A DNA stretch of 64,000 bases, from NCBI GenBank assembly GCA_036172245.1, contig JAYWIR010000019.1, forward strand, positions 682,001-746,000, written 5' to 3'. The notes beneath the pieces were generated by a model. It worked only from the letters and a program-made list of their open reading frames with translations, searched no databases and was not told the origin of the DNA. The position numbers and the translations under genes are program-made. How positions within the stretch are numbered: position 1 is the stretch's first letter; every line of letters starts with the position of its first letter. Shown one piece after another: positions 1 to 11,900 of the stretch. Source of the DNA: Raillietiella orientalis. Lineage: Eukaryota.

Positions 1-2713
1 AGAGCATGCGGATGCGAAGAAGGAAGCGGCGCCATTTCCCGCGGAAGAAGCGCCTGCTGAGGAAGATTCGTTTCCGGCGGTTGGTCCCGAGGAAGCTGCG
101 CGTCCCGGCGGGCTGTCTTCCCTGGCCGGCCTGCTGTCTCGCGGCGTGCGGGGCTTGATCTCGCTGTCCGAGGGGCAGAAGGTGCCGGCACGTGGTGCTG
201 CTTCGGAGGAGGTTTCCGTGGTGGCGGCGGGACGGGAAGACGGTGCCCGTGCCGCGGTGGCGGCCGTAAGGACGGTGGAAGACGCGACGTGGCTCCCGGA
301 AGGCGTCGTTGCGGAAGCGCCTGTCGCTGCGGCTCCTGCGGAAGACGTGGCTGAGGAGAAGCCCGCGGCGCCGGGGGATTCCGTTGTGGAGCCGGCTACG
401 GCGGCTGCAAGAGGCGTGGAAGTGTCGGCGCCGGAGCTCCCTGCAAGGAGATCTGCTGTGGAGCGCGGAGCCTCCGTTCCGGCGACGGGGTCGTTTGCCG
501 AGCCGGAGGAGGACGTGTACCTGGACGAGGTGTCTGCGGTTGCGTCGGCTGTGTGGGCGGCAGGCTGCGCGCGTCCGGAGGAGCCAGCCGCGGGGCGTCG
601 CGCTGGCGTAACCGCCGGTGAGGTCGCCTCCGAGGAGGAGTTTCCCCTTGCGAGCTGGCCGAGTCGTCGGCCGCGTCCCTTGGAAGAGACTTTTTCCCTG
701 ATCGACCGGTGGAGGTGGGAGGTGCCCTGCCTTCTGCTGCTGTGCTGGCGTACGATCCCTGTGCGCACGCTGGGTTGTCCGTCGAAGCGTCCGGAAAGGA
801 GACTGTGTGGAGTGGCGTTCCGGCGCCGACGGTGGTACCGCAAGCATTGGGAGCGGCGCCGTGTCCCGGCGAAGACTACTTTGGAAGGACGTACCGCGTG
901 GACGAGTATTTGGTCCGCGTCGAACCGGATGTGTCTCTGGTGCCGCTCGGGGAGGCGGCTCCACCTGGAAGCGCTCCCTGCGAATTCGTGGACGCAGTGG
1001 CTGCTGACCGCGGCGCTGTGCTTCCCGCTGCGTCGCCGGTGTCGGCCGCAGCGGTTCCCCGTGAGCCCGTGGCTCCCGAAGAGGAAGGAGAGGTGTGTGG
1101 AGTTGCGGAGCTGGCGGAGGAGGTGCCGCGTTCGCCGGCTGCTCCCGATGTCCGTGTGCGCAGAGGTGTGGCGCGGAAGACCAGGGCGCGTGTCGCCGTT
1201 TCACCCTTCGGACCGCCTGCCAGGGGCTGCCCGTGTGGTTAGCAGGCGAGAAGATGGAGGGGAAAGGAAAGCGGCGTGCTGACAAGGGACCGCAAGCTGC
1301 AGTCCGCGGAGAGTGCCTACGCGCGGGCCATGCAGGCTCACAGGAAGGTTGTTGCTCCGGACCGTGCGGCCAGAAGCGTGGTTGTTTCTTCTGCCGTGCT
1401 CGCCGCCCCGGTGGACGCGGCGCCTTCGCCGCCGAAAACGGAAGCTGAATCCGTTCCTGGAGACGTGTGGCGTGAGCCTTCGTCGTCCGAGGAACGTTGG
1501 CCCCCTCCGGCGGATGCTGCGCGGAAGGTTGCGCTGTCAGCTGAGGAGCCGGAGGCCGCTCTTTCGCTCCCGACCGCCGAAGAGAAGAGGGACGTGCTTG
1601 TCCCGTCGTCGCTGGTGTGCGACGCTGCGCGGGAACGCTCTGGTCCGGAGTCGTTTGCGCCCGCTGCCGACGAGGAAGGCGTTTCGCGGGCACCGCCTGC
1701 TGCGGACGTGCTCGGGGCGGTGGTGTCTGCTGGTGTCGTCGCGGAAGCGGAGTCCGTGGAAGAGCATGCGGATGCGAAGAAGGACGCGGCGCCATTTCCC
1801 GCGGAAGAAGCGCCTGCTGAGGAAGATTCGTTTCCGGCGGTTGGTCCCGAGGAAGCTGCGCGTCCCGGCGGGCTGTCTTCCCTGGCGGCCCTGCTGTCTC
1901 GCGGCGTGCGGGGCGCTGCGAGTCGCTTTATCCGAGGGCGCGACTTCCGCTGCTGTCGCCGCCGCTATCGCCTGCTTCGGAGAGTTTCCTCGCCTCTGCG
2001 GAGCGGGAAGACAGTGCCCGTGCCGCGGTGTGCGGCCGTAAGGACGGTGGAAGACGCGACACGTGGCTCCCCGGAAGGCGTCGTTGCGGAAGCGCCTACA
2101 TCGCTGCGGCTCCTGCGGAGGAGCTGGCTGAGAGAAGCCCGCGGCGCCGGTGGATTCCGTTGTGGAGCCGGCTACGGCGGCTGCAAGAGGCGTGGAGGTG
2201 TCGGCGCCGGAGCTCACTGCAAGGAGATGTGGGCATGGAACTCCGTTCCGGCGACGGTGTCGTTTGCCGAGCCGGAGGAGGACGTGTACCTGGACGAGGT
2301 GTCTGCGGTTGCGTCGGCTGGGTGGAGCGGCAGGCTGCGCGCGTCGGAGGAGCCGGCCGCGGGGCGTCGCGCTGGCGTGTTCATGGTGGGAGTCGCCTCC
2401 GGGGGGGATTCCTTGCAGGCTGCTGGCCGAGGAGGAGTCGTGGCCGCGTCCCTTGGAAGAGACTTTTTCCCTGATCGACCGGTGGAGGTGGGAGGTGCCC
2501 TGCCTTCTGCTGCTGTGCTGGCGTACGATCCCTGTGCGCACGCGGTGTTGTCCGTCGAAGCGTCCGGAAAGGAGACTGTGTGGAGTGGCGTTCCGGCGCC
2601 GACGGTGGTACCGCAAGCATTGGGAGCGGCGCCGTGTCCCGGCGAAGACTACTTTGGAAGGACGTACCGCGTGGACGAGTATTTGGTCCGCGTCGAACCC
2701 GATGTGTCTCTGG
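1..2713 (+). repeat. ~1.76-kb tandem repeat (one full unit plus a partial unit) inside the giant exon of the KASH gene
   Basis: AGAGCATGCGGATGCGAAGAAGGA occurs at 1 and at 1761; 1-940 aligns with 1761-2713 (for example GACGAGTATTTGGTCCGCGTCGAACC at 901 and 2674). It encodes an A/E/P/V-rich low-complexity protein. Confidence 0.9.
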
Positions 2714-5475
2714 TTCTCCGTGGTGATGATGCGGTGGTTGGGAGGCATGGTGTTGGATCTGTTGGTGATGGCACGGGGAATGTTTCTGGTGTCCGTAATG
2801 ATGGCAGTTATGGAATGTTTTTTCTGGATGGTGAGTTTTCGTTTTAGTGTTTTTTTGTTGTTTTGTTTTTTTTTGATTTTTTTTTCTTTTATTGCGCTGT
2901 TGGCTTGCTTGTTTGTATTTTCTGGTAATTTTTCTGTTGGTTTTTTATTTACTTTTTTTGTTTTTTTTTTGCAGTCTTTATTTATTTTTTGATTTTGTTT
3001 TATTGTTGAAATGATACTGTTTCTTTTTATACTTTGGTTTTGTGTGTTTTTTATTGTTTATGCATTGCTGATTTGTATTTTTTTCTTTTTCAGAGTGGAT
3101 CAGAACATCTTTGCTATCCAGGGAGTCAGTTGGTGAGTTTTTGGGTTTTGCGTATTTTGGGTGATGACGAGTTTCTCTTTCTGTTGTGTCTTATTTCTGG
3201 TTGTGTTTTAGATGTTTTTGCTCCTATGAAACCGCAATGTGTTGTGGCTGAGGATTTTTCTGTTCCTCGGGTTCCGTTGGCTCCTGAGATCGTCGTTGGT
3301 GCTTCAAAGGCAGAGTGCGGGGCTTCCAAGCTGCCTTTCTTGTACTCCGAAGTTGTGAAACGGAAGGCAAATGTGACCGTCGAGTCGCAGTCCTCTGCGC
3401 GAAGAAGTTTGCCGCCTTGTAGGAGTCCTCAGGTTCGTGTCTGTTGCTTGCTGCTCTTCCTTTTTTTTTTCTTCCCGTTTGCTCGGGGTGTTGTCATGGT
3501 TGACATTCTTTTTCCTGCTTTAGGTGGGAGGCAGGTTTGATCCTGTTCCGGATCGTTGGAACGCTCCTCGAGACTTCGCGTCTTCCGATCTTGCGCGGGT
3601 CGTCCTCCGCAACGCTAGCCCTCTTGTGTCGCCATCCTTTGACGACCACCGCGAAGAGATGCCGGTGCAGTGGTGAGGCTGTCTTCTACGTGCTGTCCGG
3701 CATGCTTTCTTTCTTTATGCTTTTCTAGCGATCTTCCCGCGCTGAGGGCGTCGCGGAAGGGCAGGAGGAAGAGGCGTTTACCATCAAGAAGTGTTGCAAA
3801 ACCGGACGAGGTGGTGGTCAGCGGAGGCCCTGAGAAGGAGATGAATGCGGCCCTATCAGAGCTGTCGGAGCACATGGGGAGCCTGGAGCGGGCCCTGTCC
3901 CTGGGATGGCGCGCTGATCTGAAGCAAATCCTGGAAGGAGACCTGTCGTGCTGTCGCTCCAGCATGGATCTTGTCGATGGCCTGGTCGGCGAGAATCCTG
4001 GGAAGTTGGCCCCCCGGGTGTACTCCTCTATCATGGACCGGTTTTCCGATTTGGAGAATGAGTGCGTGAGGAGGATCAACGAGCTCACGGATTTCGGGTG
4101 AGTCCCTTTCTCGTGCCCCCCGCCCGGACTAGTGGTCCGGTGAGGAGCATGGCTGCTCACTTGCTTTCTCTCCATCGCTTCCAGGAAGAGGTGGCAGGTG
4201 CTGAACTGCACCTTCTGGAGGATCGAGGAGTGGCTGCTGTACGCCGAGGGCGTCCTCAAGCAACAGAAAATTTCATCCGCCGCCTTGGATCAGCTGCAGA
4301 CCACCGTTGAGGTCCACAAAGTGAGTTCGCTACGTTCTCTTTACCACCCACTAACCCCCCACACTTCAGGAACTCTTTCGGGATTACGAAAGCCTGCAGC
4401 CTTCGTACGCCAGCCTTTGGACGGCGCGTCAGGCCCTTTCCAGCGAGGGGCTGCTCACCCCACAGCTGCACGAACCCCTGCGCGAGCGCCTGAAGACCGT
4501 GAAAGCGCGCTGGAAGAGCATCGGGAGGAAGCTGTCGTCCCGCCGCTCCCAGATGCTGGCGCTCCTCTTGCAGGTAAAAGAGAACCCCTTTCCTCGGTCC
4601 CACCTTCTCTTTCCTTCCTTCCAGAACGGCGACTTCGATCGCTCCCTCCAGGACGTGCTGTTGCGAGCGCGCAGCCTCGCCGTTCGTCTTTTCAAGCTGC
4701 TGCGGGACGGTGGCGTCCGCGACCCCACCGATGACCTCGACCTCGGAGACTGCCTTAGGCATCTGCAGCTGCTCGAGCCCTCTGCCCTGTCCCTCCTGCA
4801 GATGGCCGAGCAGGTCATTCCGTCTCGCGACGACCTGCTCCCGGCTTCCTCCGCCTCAGCGGCGGCGGCGGAGGAGGTTCGCGGTCGCCTGGACGAACTC
4901 CGGGAGACCATGGACTATCTGAGCAGCCGTGCCGAAGCCGCTCCACCGAGGTGTGTGTCGTCAGCGGTCTCCGCGGCGGACAGAGGCTCTGAAGACCTCG
5001 ACGTCTCCTACCGCGTCCGCCGTCGCCATCGCCGCCCTTGGTACATGCGGCTCTGGTGTCTCTGTGGCTCCGCGAGCGGCGGCCAGCCGACCCCCGGCGA
5101 CGACTCCGAACCGAGCGAAAGGTGGGCGGGTGCGCCTCCTCCTTTTCCTCCTCCTCACGCCCATCCCTCGCCGGGCCCCATCCCTCCTCACCCCGCCTCA
5201 TTCTCACCTTTTCTTCCCACTCCGCCCCTGCAGGAATCGCACGGTCGTTTCTTCCCGCCAGGTCGTCGCCGGCGACCCTGTTGCACCGGCTGCTGCGCTT
5301 CCTCCGGCGCGTGGCCCTCGTCGCGCTGCCCTTCCAAGCCCTGCTGCTGCTGCTGCTTGCCGTGGCTTCGTTCATTCCAGCCTGCGAGGAAGAGTACGAG
5401 TGCGTCGTGTCCAACAGGCACGCGCCCTGGTGGAACGCCGTGCTTCACTACGGCTACGGCCCGCCTCCTCAATAA
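1..5475 (+). CDS. KASH-domain nuclear-envelope protein (nesprin/Msp-300/ANC-1 type), 3' part; 5' end lies outside the window
   Basis: Phase-consistent GT-AG exon chain: <1-2830, 3094-3132, 3212-3432, 3524-3672, 3729-4097, 4185-4320, 4370-4573, 4625-5121, 5262-5475. Middle exons read like spectrin repeats (KRWQVLNCTFWRIEEWLLYAEGVL...LKTVKARWKSIGRKL). The last exon encodes a TM helix plus a lumenal KASH peptide: FLRRVALVALPFQALLLLLLAVASFIPACEEEYECVVSNRHAPWWNAVLHYGYGPPPQ*. The giant first exon has frame breaks (see findings). Confidence 0.85.
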
Positions 5476-6410
5476 AGAGTTTTATTCTCCGTAACGGGGG
5501 CGGCTCCTGGGCAGGAAGGAGGAGAGTTGAGCGGACAACGCAATGCCAACCCCGCATACTGGTGGGGACGCGTAGTTGGAGACGGCTGGCGAGAGGCCCT
5601 CCAGCCCTTTGCCCCTTTTCTCCTCTGTTCCTCCGCTAGTCGGTTTCCTAGGCGACGAAAACGGCAGCAAAGGGCGCGAAGGCACCGTTCCTCCCACTGC
5701 GTGGAAGACGTGCCACGTGATCCAGCAGCATCGTCGATCCTTCCTGTGTCGCGAAGGAGGCGCCGCAGCGCGCCTGACAACTAGGGCGGACCGGCATCTG
5801 CGAAGGATAGCGTCGTCGTCCGGAGGCGCGGCGAGCCTCATCGGCTCCCTCTGCCCCCTCCCCCCCGCAGCGAGGATCGGCACGGAGGCCGTGTTCACTG
5901 ATCCCGTAAACGCGCAAAGGGCCTGCGGTCTCGGGATGAATGGCCCTCCTTTTTGCAAAAGAATCCCAGATCTCGCCAGTGCTCTGCATACCGTGGTCCT
6001 TCCCGTTTTCCCCAAGGAAGAAGAGCCTACGCGTCCGCCATCCCCTGACGTCACCCCAGTACACTCGGAACGCGCGGTTCCGCAACGGGAAGGGCCGTCT
6101 CCTGTTGACGATAACCAGCGGAAGGTGCCCAGCGACAGCCATCCCGGGCGCGCGGGCCGCTGAACCGCCTCCCTCCTTCTGCCTCGCTCCCCTCACTTCT
6201 TATTTCTCGGGATGGTGGCCATACCACTCTTGCGTCTGTATCGACTCTCCATCCACATGCTGAGCCGGTGCACTCTGTGAGGAGCGGTGGACCAAGGCGC
6301 AGCGCGCGGTTCCAGGGAAGTTGAAGGAAGAGGATGGAAGAGGAGCAGAGACGCGCCCAGACCCCAGGACCAGGAGTCTTTGGCGGCCCACCCTTGAGGA
6401 TGGGGTTGAT

Positions 6411-7213
6411 GCCGATCAAAATCCTGAAAGCTCATAAAAAATAAATATACATGTTCACTATACATATTTATATAGAGATTAATGCATAGATCAATATATA
6501 TTGTGAAGACTATGAAAGTGAAAATACTATTTTCTGTATAAATATATATATATATTTATATATGGATTAATGCACAAATTTATTTCAACATATATATTTA
6601 TTAACATGCATATTATTAATGTAATTTCTAATGTTTGTCATATATTAATTTTAGATAATTTGTATTGATTATCTTAAAATATGTATTTCTGCTTTATAAT
6701 CCTTATTACATATTTATAGTAATGTTTGTATATATATTTGTAGATAGATTGAGATACGGATTAATATATGTTATGAAAATAATGAAAAGTAAACGTATAG
6801 TTCGTTAAATATCTTAAAATATAAGTAACAATATGATTTGAGATAATGAATATGTTTATTATATACATTATTAGAGTCTTTTTGTACAGCGTAATGTGCA
6901 TTGTAAAGATTATAAATATATATATTATTTTAATCATATACATTATTCTGTACTTAATTTATATATATACATGTATGTGCAATAAACATATTACATTTAT
7001 AATGTGTGCATTAATAAACATCAGCAGAATATATATATGTTAACATAAATTGCACATTAATCCTCATATTAATATACATAATAAGCATCTATGTAATTAT
7101 TTTTATAATCTTTATAATGTATATAAATTTATGTACGAATCTAAATATAAATTTATGTGTACATCTAATGAACATGTGCATCCATTTTTAAGATCTTTCG
7201 GGATTCGGAACCG
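6411..7213. mobile_element. AT-rich foldback/MITE-like element, copy A
   Basis: Abrupt AT-rich block bounded by GCCGATCAAAATCCTGAAAGCTCATAAAAAAT (6411) and the inverted TTTAAGATCTTTCGGGATTCGGAACC (~7187-7212). Its internal module is shared with copies B-D. Confidence 0.65.
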
Positions 7214-8379
7214 AGCCCGGTAGAGGTAGACCATCGGTGCCCGTCTCCGGTCTTGCCCTCCATCCCGTGTTTCCAAAGAGTTCCGCGCTTCTCCGTCAGG
7301 GTTGCCAGTGCCCCCCCACCTTCGAAGGGTCGGCGTTCGGCAACGGGCAGGGCTCTGTCGCTGTCTGGGAGGAGTTGCAAAGCGGTCATCGCCTCAACCT
7401 CGGGGCGCGGTGGCTGTCCGCGCGCACCGGGAGGGGGCGGGAGACTGTGCGGAAGCTCCTGGGATAGGGAGGGGAGGTGGGATTTACATTTGACGGGCGA
7501 GTTAGCAGCGGGAGGAAGGAAGAGGGTGACTCCATCTGCCGCCTTGGAGCTTGGGCGTGAAGTGTCCGGCTCTGCCGGTGCAGAGGATGACGCATGGCGT
7601 CTGGGATGACGGTGCACTGAGCCGTCCCGGGAAGCAGCCTGTCCCTGCGAAAGGCCTTCTGGAGGCAGCGTGGTAGATCTCTCGTGGGCTCTTTCCCATG
7701 GGCAGTGCTCGAGGCGCTGTCTGGGGAATCCCAGAACAAAGCCAGCCATCCACGGTGCTCCCGCAGGGGACCCTGCAAAATACTTTCGGTTTGCGCACGC
7801 GTCCCTTCCTCGAGGACTCACCGCGGGAAACCTCGAGCGACCGCTTACGCCGGGGAAGAGGAAGAGACACGGACAGGATAGGAGGAGTGCCATCAACAGT
7901 GATCCATCTCAACCTGCTCGGAGGCGACCTCTCGCTCACCTTGCCTCTGGCTTCCTGTACCACAGCATGCCATGTAAGGCGGATGGCAACAGAAAAAGAA
8001 GAGCACCCTCGACGGAGCTGTGTTTCCGTCCTTGTAGCCAGGGTGTTCCGCATATAGCATGGTGGCCGACCGAGGCATCAGCTGGTGGGTCAATGAGGCG
8101 AAGGTCATCCGTCCTCCCGTTCCGCCTCTTATTCTCCATCGTTGTCACCGTCGTGCACAAGAAAAAGCGGTGACGACGCCACTGGCATCGTCACCATGGA
8201 GTTTACACCTGACGGGCGTGCAATGATTCGGTGGCATGTCTTTGACCACGCGGATACCGCGAAAGATACGGACGAGGTCCTCCGCACTCCAGAATGGACC
8301 CACTAAAGGAGCTGCCAAAGTGTGCCCTGAGGCTGTGGATAAGACCACTCCTTTTCCTCCCTTCCTCCTCCCCCTCTTC

Positions 8380-8600
8380 CTTACCATCACCACCACCATC
8401 AGCAGAAGAAGCAGCAGCATTCTCGTCGTCATCATCATCATCCCGTACTCTTTATCGTGATAATCACCTTATATCGAATATCCTGACGAAGTCTGATCTC
8501 TCTTTATCTTCCTCACCACTGCCATCATCGTCATTGCCATCCTGATCATCTTCGCATGTTACCATGTTTACCGTTCTCATGGCCGTTGTCGTCCTTATCA
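8380..8600. repeat. degenerate (ATC/CAT)n trinucleotide tract
   Basis: Runs such as CATCACCACCACCATC, GTCGTCATCATCATCATC and CCATCATCGTCATTGCCATC. Confidence 0.6.
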
Positions 8601-8971
8601 TCGCAAAGGACGCGTGCGACTCAGGACCGGAAGAAAGTGAACCATCTCCTCCCGGTCTCTGTCGTGTGCCCCGTTGCCACGTGGTTACGGTCTCCGCGAG
8701 AGGCACCACCAGGCGCCGCGGATTCGAATGCTCGGAAAGAATAGACACCGAGAGTTTGTGCGCGCCAATCCGAGAAAAGTGGTTGCATGGCAACGCTTCC
8801 CTCCGGCTCAGCAAGGAAGCTGCTCGAGCAGCCGAGCGCGCAGGCGGCGCAGGCGCAGTAGCCGCAGCTTCCTGGGCGTGTGCGGAGAGTAGCGCTCCGT
8901 TTTCTACGCAGCTTCTTCGACTGTTTCTGTTTCTCATTCTCCCCCTTTGGCATCGGAAACCTGCACCCGAT

Positions 8972-11900
8972 ATGGTGAGTGCCTGGGCAGGGCGGGGTTG
9001 CGCCATCTGTCCCCGGGGAGGTGCGTTGGGATGTCCCGCTCCGGGAGAGGGAAGCAACAGGGAAGCGTTGGGTCCTAAAGAGAGATCGGGGCGGTACAGC
9101 TGCCTGCCAGCAGCACTGCTTGTGCCGCCCCGCACTGCTGCCAGCGCCCGGCACCAGCAGGCTGTTGACGAGGGACGTCCCCACAGGAGCTGGGGGGGGG
9201 AGGGGGGGGCGGGAAGCCAGCCGGCAAGCCGCGCCACTTCCAGGAAGGCGCGCTCTCCTTTCTCGAACGGCCGGTAACGACATCGCGCGGACCAGATGAC
9301 GTCACGCCAGCCGCGCGCACCTTTCCGCCTATGCGGGTGCGTGACGCACCCGCGTTCCAGCCGCAGTGAGCGCTGCCGCCGCTGTTGGCGGCAGCGGACG
9401 CGTTCCGGAGCGTGGGAGGGGGGGGGGAGAGGGTTACAGTTTTGCTTTCTCGGGGGTTACCGCTTCCTGGTCTTGCGGGGCACTGGGGCGAGAGTTTCCT
9501 CCGCAAACCCACTCCTCTCGTTTTCCTTTCTCCCCCTCCTCCCATTCCTATTCCGCGGAGACCGCGCGACGTTGCCGCTGCGGCAAGCGCGTTTGGAGCA
9601 ACGGCGGCTACCGCCGTTGCTCCAAACGTCCAAAGTCCAAGGTCGCTCTGTCCTCTCCGCATCCGCGCTTTCCCTTTCATCCCGAGCACCAGTGGCGAGG
9701 GAGGGGAAGAAGCGGAGAAAGTCCTTCGCCGAGCAACTTTGCCTCGGGCCCGCACACCCCAGGTGCGCGTGCACCTGAGCGGACTTTTCCTCCGCATCCG
9801 CGCACCGCGGCCACGACGGGTGCGACCACGCGTGGGTGGGTGAAACGGCGACGACGATGCTGACGGTGTTCTCGACGACGGTGGAGAAAACGATGGTGGT
9901 CTCAAGATGATGCTCACGAAAATAACATTGAAAGTCATGATAATGACGATGACGAGGGAGGTATGATGATGACCAAAATAATAATGAAGACCACGATGAT
10001 GATGATGACGGTGGAGGACGATGGTGACGAAAGCAATAGTGAAAGTCACAATGATGATGATGGGGGGGGGGGGAGGATGGAGGAGGATGAGAAGAAGCAG
10101 ATGATTACGAAGAGGAGGAGGACGAGAACACGAGCGCCCTCCCTGCGCTCTCGGCCTTTTGGCTAAGGTCAAAGATGCACGCGGGGTCACTCAGACTCAC
10201 GTGCGCCCCTCCGCGATGGGCGCGATCGCGCTGGCTCTCGCCCCGGAGTGCTCCTCTCCGTGCACTCGCCGCTCCGGACGCCTCCTCTCCGCGGCGGCCG
10301 CCCGGTAAGGCCGGACGTTGCCCTGCTCCTCGAGTCGTCTGGGGTGCCACTTCTCCCCCCTCTTCTCCCCTCACCTCCCTTGCGCGCGCGCCTCACGGCG
10401 CTCTCCCGCACTCGCGACCTCCATCTTGCAGAACACCGTCCGGGGCAACCCTAACTTCAACGCGGAGGAGGCGGCCGCGAAGCTGCGCAAGGCCATGAAG
10501 GGCTTCGGCACGGACGAGGACGCCATCATCGACGTCTGCGTCTCCCACAACAACGTGCAGAGGCTGGAGATCTTGTCCATTTACAAGGCCGCGTACGGCC
10601 GTGTGAGTATCAGGGCGGGTTGGGGGGCGAGGTCGCGCCCCGGGGCTTCCGCTGACCTAGACGGCGCTTCTTCCTCTCAGGACCTCATCCACGATCTCAA
10701 GTCCGAGCTGAGCGGGAACTTCCTGAAGGTGGTCAGGGCGCTGTTCACCGCTTACAGGGAGTACCTGGCCGAGTGCGTGCACAAGGCCATCGAGGTGGGT
10801 CGCCCGCCGGTGCTCCCCGGGCACGCCGCCGGATTCTCACCTCTCAGGGCATGGGCACGGACGAGGAGGCGCTGGTGGAGCTTTTGTGCTGCCGCACCAA
10901 CTACGAGATGGAGGCGCTCAAGGATGCCTACAAGGAGAGTAAGGAACGCCCCCCTCTCTTCCCCTCCCTTACACCCCCTCTTCCAACCCAGAACTTCCCC
11001 CTGCCCTGCGTAGCGACTGACCAGGACCCCGCAGTCCAGCGATCGCCCCGCCGGGGCCGCGCGCAACATCTCCCTGCATCCTCCCCCCTTCCCTTCCGAG
11101 CGCGGCCGCGACAGCAGGTGCATCGCGCGTGCCTTTGGCCTGGTGTCCGCTCGGCGGTGGTGGCGTCGCACGCGCAGCGATGACCACCGGTGCGACTCTC
11201 CCCCCTCGCGCGCGCAGAAGGCGCGACCCGCGCTCCGGGGTGCAAGGACCTCCGGGGTCCTCCGATGCAACCCGGGCGGAACGATGCGGTGCTTCACGTG
11301 CATGTGCGTGTCTTCCCCCAGAATACGGAGTCGACCTCGAGAGTGACCTGAAGAGCGATCTCAGCGGTGACTTCAGGCGCCTCATCCGAGCCATCATCTG
11401 TGCCAGGAGGAACGAGACCATGCCACCGGCGTATAACGACTCCGTCCGGGACGCCAAGGTACGCAGACCCCCCTCCCGAGCGGAGAACCCGACTCGGCCC
11501 GCCTCCGTTGGGCTGTGTGAACACCCACAAGGCTTGGTCTCGGAGAGAGCTCGTTCGCGCAAGGTGACCCGCTGTGCGAGACGTCACTTCCGCGAGATGC
11601 CCCGTGCGACATGGGGTGAGCGGATGACTCGCTTAGGATTTCGCGTCGTCCGAGATGTGACCTCGCACGGGATGGAACTCGTCGAAGATGCGGCCGCGTG
11701 ACGTCGTACGAGATTCGACCTCATGCAGAATGCCATAGTGAACCCGATGTTACCTCGTAGAAGCTGTGTTGAATCCTACAGAACGTGACCTTCAACAGGG
11801 TTCCAGGTCGTCGGGGAAGTGACCTCGCTCGAGACACCACGCCGTGCAAGATGTGACCTCGCACTGCGTTGCGTTTCCCGAGAGATGTGGCCTCCAGGAA

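Noticed and set aside
1537..2748. 403-aa minus-strand ORF and other long ORFs across the GC-rich blocks
   Set aside because: Shadow frames of GC-rich coding or TE sequence; R/P/G-rich with no motifs or splice support.
5500..6410. Possible LINE ORF1/ORF2 remnants
   Set aside because: Only vague resemblance; no colinear set of motifs.
7215..8380. Possible decayed LINE 3' region or small gene
   Set aside because: Weak similarity (CTTACHV) only; zinc finger and terminal motif not convincing.
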